From positions 37,967 to 101,966 of the forward strand of contig JAFVOS010000007.1 in the NCBI GenBank assembly GCA_017505705.1: DNA of 64,000 bases, written 5' to 3'. The notes below the pieces were generated by a model. It saw nothing but the letters and a program-made list of their open reading frames with translations. It was not told the origin of the DNA and did no database searches. Position numbers and translations under genes: made by a program. This stretch comes from Alphaproteobacteria bacterium (lineage in GTDB: Bacteria > Pseudomonadota > Alphaproteobacteria > Rs-D84). Shown here piece by piece: positions 38,461 through 48,812 of the stretch; positions within the stretch are counted from its first letter, which is position 1, and each line of letters starts with the position of its first letter.

Positions 38461-39276
38461 TTATTTTTGTTTTTGTAAATAGCTGCCTGGACCTGATTTT
38501 GTAATTTGATGTACATCAAACCAGGTCTTGATGCTGCGTGATAATTCCGTCATTATATTCCCAAAATCTGGGTGACCAGCCAAACGTTCCCATAAAATTG
38601 GAAATTTGGATGGGTCTTTCTGGGATTTGAATTCGTTCAGCATTTCACGAACTGATGCAGATGTAGATATTCTGGAAAATAAACCAGACATAAGCGAGCT
38701 GATGTCAAAACAAGTGTTCAGACGATTTAATGTTGGTAAGTATTCATTCATGCTGAAATTGGCGTCATAATTCCGGGCGAACAGTTCGCTGGCATTAGAT
38801 ATTGGCAAAATGTTTTGAAATTCAGTTCGATTTTCTTTGTTTAGTCTTGAATACATGTTGTTCAGAAAACAACGGAAGTTTTGACTTAATTTATTATAAT
38901 CGCCGACCGTTCTATACAGACAGTGGCCTGACATTGTCAGGTTCATGTCATATGTTTTGGTAAATACGTTGTCCAAGTCGCCAGATGAATAGACTTCTAT
39001 CCATTGATGAGAACGCAATGCATTCCAGACCTTGTCCGGCAAATTTTTTAAATTTTCAGGTAATTTACGTGCACAGAATGCCCCGTATGACAGCCATATA
39101 AATAATAACAGGGTGCAGTTTCTGTTGGCCAGCATGTTTTTTAGTGCCTTTGGATGTGCGCTTAACAGGTCGCATACCTGGGTCAGATACCAGTTTGCGG
39201 GCATTGGTAATATTTCTGTTTCAAAGCGGCCAGGCGTTAACTGGTCAATTGTGATTGTTGCATCTTTGGTTATCAT
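38461..39276 (-). CDS. hypothetical protein
   Basis: 271-aa ORF with upstream TTGACA and AAGGA RBS; no family recognised. Confidence 0.6.
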   Translation of the reverse strand: MITKDATITIDQLTPGRFETEILPMPANWYLTQVCDLLSAHPKALKNMLANRNCTLLLFIWLSYGAFCARKLPENLKNLPDKVWNALRSHQWIEVYSSGDLDNVFTKTYDMNLTMSGHCLYRTVGDYNKLSQNFRCFLNNMYSRLNKENRTEFQNILPISNASELFARNYDANFSMNEYLPTLNRLNTCFDISSLMSGLFSRISTSASVREMLNEFKSQKDPSKFPILWERLAGHPDFGNIMTELSRSIKTWFDVHQITKSGPGSYLQKQK

Positions 39277-39348
39277 GCTAATGATCCTTATGTTTATATC
39301 TAATATTGTAGTGCAAAAATAATATTTGTCAACTTTTATTTATATTTC

Positions 39349-39522
39349 TTGCATGTTATGAAATAAAGTAGTAATATTAACTGGGTGACAGGTTTGTTTG
39401 TCAACTGAAATTATTCCCATGTCTTTATTAACAATAATAAAATACCATGGGTATGGCGCATGGCCACAGATTCACTACCAATAGAGAGTTTTTCTTTATT
39501 AGCAATGAATTGACGGCCATGC
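39349..39522 (+). promoter_or_regulatory. promoter plus three-hairpin 5' leader of rnj
   Basis: TTGCAT-17-TAATAT; stems tgaca/tgtca, cccatg/catggg, gcatggcc/ggccatgc. Confidence 0.5.
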
Positions 39523-39554
39523 ATATGTAAAATATAAAAAAGGATTTATTATAA

Positions 39555-41324
39555 ATGGTAAAAGTTAAAGAAAAGAAAAATTTGCCAGAAAAAATTTCTG
39601 GAAAAACAAAGCACGAAAGTGACAAAAATGATGATAAAATGTATTTTATGGCACTGGGGGGGCTGGAACACATTGGCCAAAATATGTATGTTTACAAGTA
39701 TCAGGGTAAATATTTAGTGGTCGATTGTGGTATGGGTTTCCTGGAAGAAGAAATTGGTGCAGGTGATGTTCAATACTGTGATACAACATGGTTGGAAAAA
39801 CGCAAAAAAGATGTTGTGGGGTTTGTTATTACACATGGGCACGAAGATCATATTGGGGCGTTGAAATATATTTGGCCGAAATTTAGAAAACCGATTTATT
39901 GCACACGATTTCCGGCTGAAATCTTGCGCCGTACGTTTCGTGGTATTGAAATGGATTTCAACGAAAAGACAGATATTGTTGAATTTGATCATAATGGTGC
40001 AGAACTGGATTTGTCGCCATTTACGGTTGAAACATTCCATGTCACACATTCTGTCCCAGAAGCACAAATGTTAATTATTAAGACAGATGCAGGTAAGATA
40101 CTGCATACAGGGGACTGGACATTTAACGATGATATTCCAATTGAAGCCCCGACTGATTTTGCACGTCTGGCTGAGATAGGTTCTGATCCAAAATTGCTGG
40201 CGTGTATGTGTGATTCAACGAATTCTTCACGTCAGACCAAGCAGGTGACAGAAACACAAGTCAGGGACACTTTGACTGAAATTATGAAAAATGCCCCAGG
40301 ACGTGTTATTGTGACAGGTTATTCACGCAGTTTGGCACGTATCAAAATGTTTGCAGAGGCTGCACGTGCCGCAGGACGTATTGCAGCAATCAAAGAACGC
40401 ACGAATCCAAATCCTGTGCCATATGTTGGGTTGCCAGAATTTCGTGAAATGGGTATTGAATTTGGCTATCTAAAGAAAGATGAAATATACACTCATGGCG
40501 AAATCAAGGATTTGCCAGCAGAAAAACAGGCGGTGTTCTTGACAGGATCCCAAGGGGAAAAGTTCGCAATGTTGACACGTCTGTGTCGTGGCCAGGTAAA
40601 AGAAATGCAATTAATGCCAACAGATACGGTGGTGTTCAGCTCTATTATTATTCCGGGACGTGAACAGGATGTGTCTTTCTTGTACAACAAATTGGCACGT
40701 ATGGGCATAAAGACACATACTATATTTGATACAGATAATGTTCATGCCAGTGGACATGCAGGACGGCCAGAACTAGAAAAGTTTTATGATATGGTTCATC
40801 CCCAGGTATCGGTCCCAATGCATGGGGACTATATCAACGAAATGTTGAATGGTAAGATGGCGATGGAACGTGGCGGTGCCAAACATATGATGGTTGTGCA
40901 CAATGGGGAAATGGTTGCGCTGCGTGATGGCGAAGAACCATACGTTGCAGAAACAATCGAAACATCATATGTAGTTATGGAGGGGGAAACAGAACGCAGT
41001 GCAGACGACCAGGTTTATAAAAATCGTCGTAAAATTGCATCAAATGGTGCTGTTTTTGTCACGTTGCCGGTTGATAAGCGTGGTTTCTTGAAAGGGGTAC
41101 CAGAAGTTTCCAGTGCGGGTATATTTGAATCTGATACAACAGGGTTTATGAAACGACAGATTCAAATAGAAATAACCAAGGCAATTGATGGGCTGAGCAA
41201 GGCAGAACGAAAAGATCGTGATAACCTGGTTCGTGCGGTTCAGGTGGCATCTAATCGTGTTGTTCGGGCGTCGCTGGGGGCGGATAAAAAGCCACAATAC
41301 AGTGTGCACTTTATTCAAAAGTAA
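39555..41324 (+). CDS. rnj: ribonuclease J
   Basis: ALGGLEHIGQNM, THGHEDHIG, HTGDW, TGSQGE, HASGH, PMHG. Confidence 0.93.
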   Translation: MVKVKEKKNLPEKISGKTKHESDKNDDKMYFMALGGLEHIGQNMYVYKYQGKYLVVDCGMGFLEEEIGAGDVQYCDTTWLEKRKKDVVGFVITHGHEDHIGALKYIWPKFRKPIYCTRFPAEILRRTFRGIEMDFNEKTDIVEFDHNGAELDLSPFTVETFHVTHSVPEAQMLIIKTDAGKILHTGDWTFNDDIPIEAPTDFARLAEIGSDPKLLACMCDSTNSSRQTKQVTETQVRDTLTEIMKNAPGRVIVTGYSRSLARIKMFAEAARAAGRIAAIKERTNPNPVPYVGLPEFREMGIEFGYLKKDEIYTHGEIKDLPAEKQAVFLTGSQGEKFAMLTRLCRGQVKEMQLMPTDTVVFSSIIIPGREQDVSFLYNKLARMGIKTHTIFDTDNVHASGHAGRPELEKFYDMVHPQVSVPMHGDYINEMLNGKMAMERGGAKHMMVVHNGEMVALRDGEEPYVAETIETSYVVMEGETERSADDQVYKNRRKIASNGAVFVTLPVDKRGFLKGVPEVSSAGIFESDTTGFMKRQIQIEITKAIDGLSKAERKDRDNLVRAVQVASNRVVRASLGADKKPQYSVHFIQK

Positions 41325-41330
41325 ACAAAA

Positions 41331-41350
41331 GAACCGCCAATTGGCGGTTC
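41331..41350. terminator. bidirectional terminator
   Basis: gaaccgcc-aatt-ggcggttc between convergent rnj and miaA. Confidence 0.6.
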
Positions 41351-42241
41351 TTATTTTTTTATTATTTCTAAAACATCTTTTTCTGTTGGGGTGTGCGAAA
41401 TTTCAATGTCTGGATTGTACTGGGTACGAAACCAAGTGCGCTGGCGTTTGGCATATTGATTGGTTTTATTTATCCAGTCTGTTATGCAATCATCAATATT
41501 TTTTTCACCACGCAGGTGGCTGCATAATTGGCTGGCACCAATGGCACGTCGTTCGTCCCAGCCAGATTCTATTATAGATTTTGCTTCGTCAATTGCGCCG
41601 CCGGACAACATCTGGGGGATGCGTTCGCTGATTCGTTGGCGCAGAATGTCGGCTGGTGGATTTATTAGAATACGTATTGCGTCTGGTATGACGGCGCCTG
41701 TGCGTGGAATTCGTTGGAATTCTGATAAATGATGACCCGTTTCAAAATATACTTCCAGGGCACGTGCAACACGTTGGGGATCCGTTGCGGAAAAATCTGG
41801 CGGTAATAATTTGCGGGCGTTGGTTATGTCTTGGGCAACCATATCACGTGCACGATTGCGTGAACTGTCACTGATGTCGGGCATTGGTGATATGCCGTTT
41901 ATTAGTGCGTTTATGTAATAGCCTGTGCCGCCCACAAAAATTGGTGTTTTGCCATCCGATACGGCCAAATCATATTCTTGACGTGCCAACGCCAGATAAT
42001 CAGATACGCTGATTTGTTGGGTCAGGGGTAATATAGAAAACAGTTTATATGGGATGTTATCAATGCTGTCCGATACAGGGCGGTTTGCAAATGGGCTGGC
42101 AGAAATGTTTTCGATGCCCTGGTATATTTGAACGCTGTCACAATTTATGATGACGCCATTTGTATGATGCGCCAAAATATGGGCAAAATCAGATTTGCCA
42201 GATGCAGTTGGACCTGTGATAATGTATGCCTGGTGTGTCAT
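41351..42241 (-). CDS. miaA: tRNA dimethylallyltransferase
   Basis: ITGPTASGKS, INCDSVQIY, VGGTGYY, YAKRQRTWFR; start set at MTHQAY. Confidence 0.93.
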   Translation of the reverse strand: MTHQAYIITGPTASGKSDFAHILAHHTNGVIINCDSVQIYQGIENISASPFANRPVSDSIDNIPYKLFSILPLTQQISVSDYLALARQEYDLAVSDGKTPIFVGGTGYYINALINGISPMPDISDSSRNRARDMVAQDITNARKLLPPDFSATDPQRVARALEVYFETGHHLSEFQRIPRTGAVIPDAIRILINPPADILRQRISERIPQMLSGGAIDEAKSIIESGWDERRAIGASQLCSHLRGEKNIDDCITDWINKTNQYAKRQRTWFRTQYNPDIEISHTPTEKDVLEIIKK

Positions 42242-42348
42242 TTCCTGGGGATTATAGCCCAGATTTTTTTCATGTAAATAAAATATTGTAAATCTGAAAA
42301 ATATGGTGCTAAGATATATTTGTACAATAAAAAACGAAAGGAATATAT

Positions 42349-43350
42349 ATGTCAAAAGTAAGAGTTGCAATTAACGGTTTCGGGCGTATCGGGCGCTTGG
42401 TTTTGCGTGCAGCACTGGAATCTGGGCGTGATGATATTGAATTTGTTGCTGTAAATGATTTGGCACCAGCTGAACAAAATGCATATTTGCTAAAGTATGA
42501 TTCTGTACATGGTAATTTACCCATGGATGTTGTGCTGGATGGTGATTACATCAATGTGGGAAATCAACATATTAAGTGTATCGCAGAACGTGATCCTGCA
42601 AAGTTGCCATGGGGCGAATTGAATATTGATATTGTAATGGAATGTACAGGGATATTTACGGCAGCAGACAAGGCACGTGTTCACCTGGAAGCAGGGGCCA
42701 AACGTGTTCTGGTTTCGGCGCCATCGGCTGGGGCGGACAAGACAATTGTATATGGTGTAAACCAGGATACATTAACATCGGACGATTTAATCGTTTCTAA
42801 TGCATCTTGTACAACGAATTGTTTGGCGCCTGTGGTCAAGGTATTGAATGATACGTTTGGCGTGGTATCTGGTTGGATGACAACAGTACATGCATATACC
42901 GGTGACCAGCAGTTGCTGGATAAGAATCACAAAGATTTCCGTCGTGCACGTGCGGCAAATCTGTCAATGATTCCAACCAGTACAGGGGCAGCCAAGGCAA
43001 TAGGTTTGGTTTTGCCAGAACTGGCGGGCAAATTAGATGGAATGGCGATTCGTGTCCCAACCCCAGATGTGTCTGTGGTGGAATTGGTTGCTAATTTGGA
43101 AACAGCGGCAACGGCTGATGAAGTGAATGCAGCAATGAAAGCGGCAGAATCAAAAACATTTGGATATAATGATTTGCCGTTGGTATCGATTGATTTTACC
43201 CATGATGCACACAGTTCTGTATTTGACGCCGGTCAGACCAAGGTTTTGGGTGATAAATTGGTTCATGTGACAGCGTGGTATGATAATGAATGGGGTTTTT
43301 CAAACCGTATGGGCGATACCGCTGTTGCAATGGGTAAGTTGATAAAGTAA
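42349..43350 (+). CDS. gap: glyceraldehyde-3-phosphate dehydrogenase (type I)
   Basis: AINGFGRIGR, SNASCTTNCLAP, WYDNEWGFS. Confidence 0.97.
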   Translation: MSKVRVAINGFGRIGRLVLRAALESGRDDIEFVAVNDLAPAEQNAYLLKYDSVHGNLPMDVVLDGDYINVGNQHIKCIAERDPAKLPWGELNIDIVMECTGIFTAADKARVHLEAGAKRVLVSAPSAGADKTIVYGVNQDTLTSDDLIVSNASCTTNCLAPVVKVLNDTFGVVSGWMTTVHAYTGDQQLLDKNHKDFRRARAANLSMIPTSTGAAKAIGLVLPELAGKLDGMAIRVPTPDVSVVELVANLETAATADEVNAAMKAAESKTFGYNDLPLVSIDFTHDAHSSVFDAGQTKVLGDKLVHVTAWYDNEWGFSNRMGDTAVAMGKLIK

Positions 43351-43407
43351 AAAAATTATGTATGTGTTTTCCCCATGCAAAATTTAGTTTGTGTGGGGAT
43401 TTTTATA

Positions 43408-43436
43408 TTGCTAAAATCGTCGCAATGCATTAGAAT
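43408..43436 (+). promoter_or_regulatory. sigma70-type promoter upstream of invertible segment
   Basis: TTGCTA (43408-13), 17-bp spacer, TAGAAT (43431-36). Confidence 0.55.
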
Positions 43437-43461
43437 ACATGGCATAGACAGGAAAAATACC

Positions 43462-43578
43462 TGCCTAAAATAAAGGGACGTTTAGAATCTCCCTTTTTAT
43501 TTTTATAAAATTCCCAGATTTCTGCATATTTTTCTCCCTTAATTATTGCCTAAAACAAACGTCGGGTTTTTATCGGCA
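43462..43578. promoter_or_regulatory. candidate invertible segment carrying RBS, ATG and signal-peptide n-region
   Basis: sites tgcctaaaataaagg[GA]cgtttagaatct and tgcctaaaacaaacg[TC]gggtttttatcggca; 7-bp IR gacgttt (43477-83) / aaacgtc (43557-63); minus strand inside reads aagggag-aaaaat-ATG CAG AAA... Confidence 0.75.
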
Positions 43579-43920
43579 ATTGCAATAATGCCAACAAATT
43601 TGATGGCCCTTCAGTTTTGTCAGACAAAGGCAGAATGTGTCACTAGTACTAGCTGTACTTCTGGTATGGGTGGGTGTTGTGCAAAAAATGGGGAAACTGG
43701 TACGCATTATGATTGCCCCAGTGGTTGTACGTATGATTTGATGAAAAAGATATGTGATTGTGGTACTGTGTCTGGTTTAACAGATACAACTGGTACATAT
43801 GAAGGTACATCATGTACAACGGAGTATTCGACATCAACAATTGAGTGCTATATGTATTACAATAAAGGTAATGAAAACTGTACAGGTAACGCACAGTGTA
43901 AGGACAATTTGGTGCAATAA
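43546..43920 (+). CDS. small Cys-rich secreted protein; lacks its own RBS and n-region in this orientation
   Basis: Cys-rich ORF (CPSGCTYD, DTTGTYEGTSC); in-frame TAA at 43540-42 and no SD before the TTG; completed by inverting 43477-43563. Confidence 0.7.
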   Translation: MPKTNVGFLSAIAIMPTNLMALQFCQTKAECVTSTSCTSGMGGCCAKNGETGTHYDCPSGCTYDLMKKICDCGTVSGLTDTTGTYEGTSCTTEYSTSTIECYMYYNKGNENCTGNAQCKDNLVQ

Positions 43921-43955
43921 TAAATTCGATTTTTGTGTTGAATATATGGATAACA

Positions 43956-43979
43956 AAAAACCGCCAATTGGCGGTTTTT
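43956..43979. terminator. bidirectional terminator
   Basis: aaaaaccgcc-aatt-ggcggttttt. Confidence 0.7.
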
Positions 43980-43991
43980 GTTAAAATTATC

Positions 43992-44486
43992 TTATTCGGC
44001 TACTTCTGGTTTTGGCATACGTTGTGCACGATGTTCACGACGCATTTCTTTTTTAAATGCCTTGAATTCTGCTTTGTCAACGCAACCGTCTGAATTGACG
44101 TCGATTTGTGGTAATTTTTCAGCAATTTTTGGGCATTTTACAACCAAACAACCATTTTCAAATTCTGGTTTTGGCATTTTACCACGTTTTGGACATGGCA
44201 TCATTTTTGCAGCGGCAAAACCCAATGCAAAGAATACCAACACAACAACCAATTTTTTCCAAAAACCACAATGATGCTTTTTGCATTCACAATTTCCACC
44301 GCATGGGCAAGAATGGCCACAGCCACATGTGTGCATTTCAACAACAGGTGCCTCTACCCTTTTTACAGGTGATTTTTTTGCAGGTGCTGTTTTTTTCGCA
44401 ACTGTCTTCTTAGCCGGTGCAGCTTTTACAGTTGTTTTTTTTGTTGCTGGCTTTTTAGCCACTGTTTTTTTCGTTTTTTCTGCCAT
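43992..44486 (-). CDS. membrane protein: Lys/Ala-rich N-terminus, Cys/His cluster, one TM helix, EF-hand-like C-terminus
   Basis: AKKPATKK repeats; CGCGHSCPCGGNCECKKHHC; LVVVLVFFALGFAAA; DVNSDGCVDKAE. Confidence 0.7.
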   Translation of the reverse strand: MAEKTKKTVAKKPATKKTTVKAAPAKKTVAKKTAPAKKSPVKRVEAPVVEMHTCGCGHSCPCGGNCECKKHHCGFWKKLVVVLVFFALGFAAAKMMPCPKRGKMPKPEFENGCLVVKCPKIAEKLPQIDVNSDGCVDKAEFKAFKKEMRREHRAQRMPKPEVAE

Positions 44487-44599
44487 GGGTTCCTTTCCTT
44501 TGTTTGTTGACGGTTTGATTGTATTCAATAATTTTTTTTAAGTAAAGTATTTTTTTAGAATAAAAATCTATTAAAAAATCCCGCAGATGCGGGATTGGA

Positions 44600-44848
44600 T
44601 TAGTGGCGACGATTGTGGCCGTTGAAACTGCCATGTTGGGCACTGTTGCTGGAACGTTTTGATAAATAACGTGCAGCGATTAAAACCAGCCATTCCAGTG
44701 ATAATACAGCCAGACCCATTAATTTAATATTCAATTCGGCATTGAAATTGCCCATGCATGCAATAACCCATACCAACTGTGCAATAAATGAAATGTATAA
44801 TGCACCGAATACGCCGGTAAAGAATACTTTTTTGATTTTTCCAAACAT
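44600..44848 (-). CDS. small two-TM membrane protein
   Basis: AAGGA RBS, two hydrophobic helices. Confidence 0.55.
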   Translation of the reverse strand: MFGKIKKVFFTGVFGALYISFIAQLVWVIACMGNFNAELNIKLMGLAVLSLEWLVLIAARYLSKRSSNSAQHGSFNGHNRRH

Positions 44849-44884
44849 TTTATGTCCTTATGTTCCGTTTTATATAAATTAAAT

Positions 44885-45224
44885 GCCGGGTTTCTGGTGC
44901 CATGTACCCGGCGGACACCGCAATTGCTTAAACGAATACGGCTAACCATTGCCAACCATATTCAACGCCATCATTAGGCAGCCATTGCAAGGCGAACATT
45001 GTCGTTCGCAGCGATTCTATCGCCATTCAGTTTTTAGTCGGCTTTTTACGACGCCATGTCGGATTCACCCGATTTGTCTTTCATCATCTGTCGAATCTAT
45101 GTCAGCCCCATAACCAAATACGACAATATATCGTATCAAGCAATGGTGGAGCTGTGGGGTACCGCCCCCCAGTCCAAAATGACTATTGCACAATGGATTC
45201 AGAATCATCATCGCATGCGCGACC
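44885..45224 (-). ncRNA. ssrA: tmRNA, circularly permuted two-piece alphaproteobacterial type
   Basis: acceptor piece ends ...ggggcggtaccccacagctccaCCA (45144); intervening hairpin; coding piece starts GGGGCTG (45109); tag ANDNVRLAMAA* (45009-44974); TTGCAA-17-TATAAT promoter; outer ends approximate. Confidence 0.92.
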
Positions 45225-45236
45225 CAAAGATTATAG

Positions 45237-46788
<1,552 letters not shown>

Positions 46789-46861
46789 TTTTTTGATTTT
46801 TACTACTTTCTCTGCTAAGATTTTCTTACGAACAAAACAAAAACAGAAGGAGAAGTACACA

Positions 46862-47485
46862 ATGGTATCATTAAAAGGTACACAGACAGAAAAAAATCTG
46901 TTAATTGCGTTCGCCGGTGAATCCCAGGCGCGTAATCGTTATACTTTCTATGCATCTGCCGCAAAAAAAGAAGGTTACCAGGCAATTTCTAAAATCTTTC
47001 TGGAAACCGCCGATCAGGAAAAAGAACATGCATCGCGTTTGTTCAAATTCTTAGAAGGTGGCGATTTAGAAATCACTGCATCTTTCCCAGCCGGCAAGAT
47101 TGGCACAACATTGGAAAATTTACAGGCCGCTGCATATGGCGAACACGAAGAAAATACAGAAATGTATCCAAAGTTTGCACAAATTGCTGCCCAAGAAGGT
47201 TTCCCAGCAATCGCAGAAATTCTGAAAAACATCGGTTTGGCCGAACGTTATCATGAATCGCGTTTCCGCGCATTGGCCGATGCAATCGAAGATGGTACAT
47301 TGTTCAAACAGGACAATATCGTTATGTGGCGTTGTACAAACTGTGGCATGTGGCACATTGGCAAAGAAGCACCACAGGTGTGTCCAGCATGTTTGCATGA
47401 ACAAGGATACTTTATCAGCGAAGGAACAACATCACGTTGTGACACAAATGAAGGTTTCTGTGAATACAGCGTTATTGATGATTAA
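46862..47485 (+). CDS. rbr: rubrerythrin
   Basis: AFAGESQARNRY, EKEHA, C-terminal CTNCG...CPAC rubredoxin domain; RBS AAGGAG. Confidence 0.95.
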   Translation: MVSLKGTQTEKNLLIAFAGESQARNRYTFYASAAKKEGYQAISKIFLETADQEKEHASRLFKFLEGGDLEITASFPAGKIGTTLENLQAAAYGEHEENTEMYPKFAQIAAQEGFPAIAEILKNIGLAERYHESRFRALADAIEDGTLFKQDNIVMWRCTNCGMWHIGKEAPQVCPACLHEQGYFISEGTTSRCDTNEGFCEYSVIDD

Positions 47486-47528
47486 TCATGTGATAATGTT
47501 AAAAAAAATCCCCCGTTTGGGGGATTTT

Positions 47529-48791
47529 TTATAACTGGATAAACATATTTGGATTCTTCTTTAAGTCATCAATTGCGCTGTCCATTAATTCACGATATTC
47601 AATGAACTTTTTCTTGTCAGATTTACCCAGGTTGCTGATAGCAGGTAATTTAACCGTCATTGGATTTACGTGTTTGCCATCTTTGATGATTTCATAATGT
47701 AAATGTGGGCCTGTTGACATGCCTGTTGAGCCAACGTATCCAATTGTTTGACCCTGGCGTACATTGGTGCCAACTTTTACATTTTTAACAAACTTTGATA
47801 AATGAGCATACAGCGTTTCATAAGAACCGTTGTGACGCAATTTTATATAATTCCCATGTCCACGATTATATCCACGTGCAACAACACGACCAGCCCCAGC
47901 CGCAGGTATTGGGGTGCCGGTTGAAGCACGAAAATCAACGCCTTTGTGTGCACGTGTGTAACCAAGTACAGGATGCTTGCGTTTGTTAGAGAAACTGCTG
48001 GTGACCTTGGCGTTATTGATGGGGGTGCGTTTTAGTGATTTTATTGCGCCATTACCGTCTGCATCATAATACCCAGTTGATCCATCTGATTTACGATATC
48101 TGTACATTTTAACATTGCCACGCAGGGCGTCAAATGATACCGCCAGGACACGACCATTATCAATTTTTTGGCCGTCTGAAAAGTTTTCTTCGTATACGAC
48201 CCAGAATTTTTGACCCGCACGCACATCACGTTCAAAGTCCATTTCAAACGCCAACAGGTCGTAAACATCCGCTAATATCCCAGCAGGAATGCCCGCACGC
48301 TGGCCGGCAAGATAAAAACTGTCGCCGTCAAGAATTTCGCCCGCACGATATACGGCACGTGTATCACGTTCAATGTCGACCGTTTTACAGTTCCATGCAC
48401 CGGTTTCGTTGCAGGTTAACTCAACCTGGCGCCATGGGGATGGTATTACAACAATTTTAGATACAGGTTCGTTGTCACTGGGGCGGGTGAATTCGATTTT
48501 GTCACTGTCAGCACGCAGTGTTGATATGCCACCATCTTTTTTTAGGGTTTTTGCAATTGCATCAACGTCATTATGGGTTAAACCCTGTTCCAGCAATAAT
48601 TTAGACAGTGTGTCACCCGATGCGACCACCACAACAGATGTGCATTCATCCCCATTTGTGCGTTTGCTGGATTCAGATGACGTATGACGGGTTGCGACCA
48701 GTAATATTGCCACCAATGTTAACAAGGTTGCCAATGCCATTACCATACGGGTCAGGTTGGCTGTTGTGATAATATCTTTTGCTTTTTTCAT
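47529..48791 (-). CDS. M23 family peptidoglycan DD-endopeptidase
   Basis: N-terminal TM, HPVLG...HKGVDF, YAHLS, STGPHLHYE. Confidence 0.92.
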   Translation of the reverse strand: MKKAKDIITTANLTRMVMALATLLTLVAILLVATRHTSSESSKRTNGDECTSVVVVASGDTLSKLLLEQGLTHNDVDAIAKTLKKDGGISTLRADSDKIEFTRPSDNEPVSKIVVIPSPWRQVELTCNETGAWNCKTVDIERDTRAVYRAGEILDGDSFYLAGQRAGIPAGILADVYDLLAFEMDFERDVRAGQKFWVVYEENFSDGQKIDNGRVLAVSFDALRGNVKMYRYRKSDGSTGYYDADGNGAIKSLKRTPINNAKVTSSFSNKRKHPVLGYTRAHKGVDFRASTGTPIPAAGAGRVVARGYNRGHGNYIKLRHNGSYETLYAHLSKFVKNVKVGTNVRQGQTIGYVGSTGMSTGPHLHYEIIKDGKHVNPMTVKLPAISNLGKSDKKKFIEYRELMDSAIDDLKKNPNMFIQL

Positions 48792-48812
48792 GGCACAGAT
48801 TATAATAATTTT

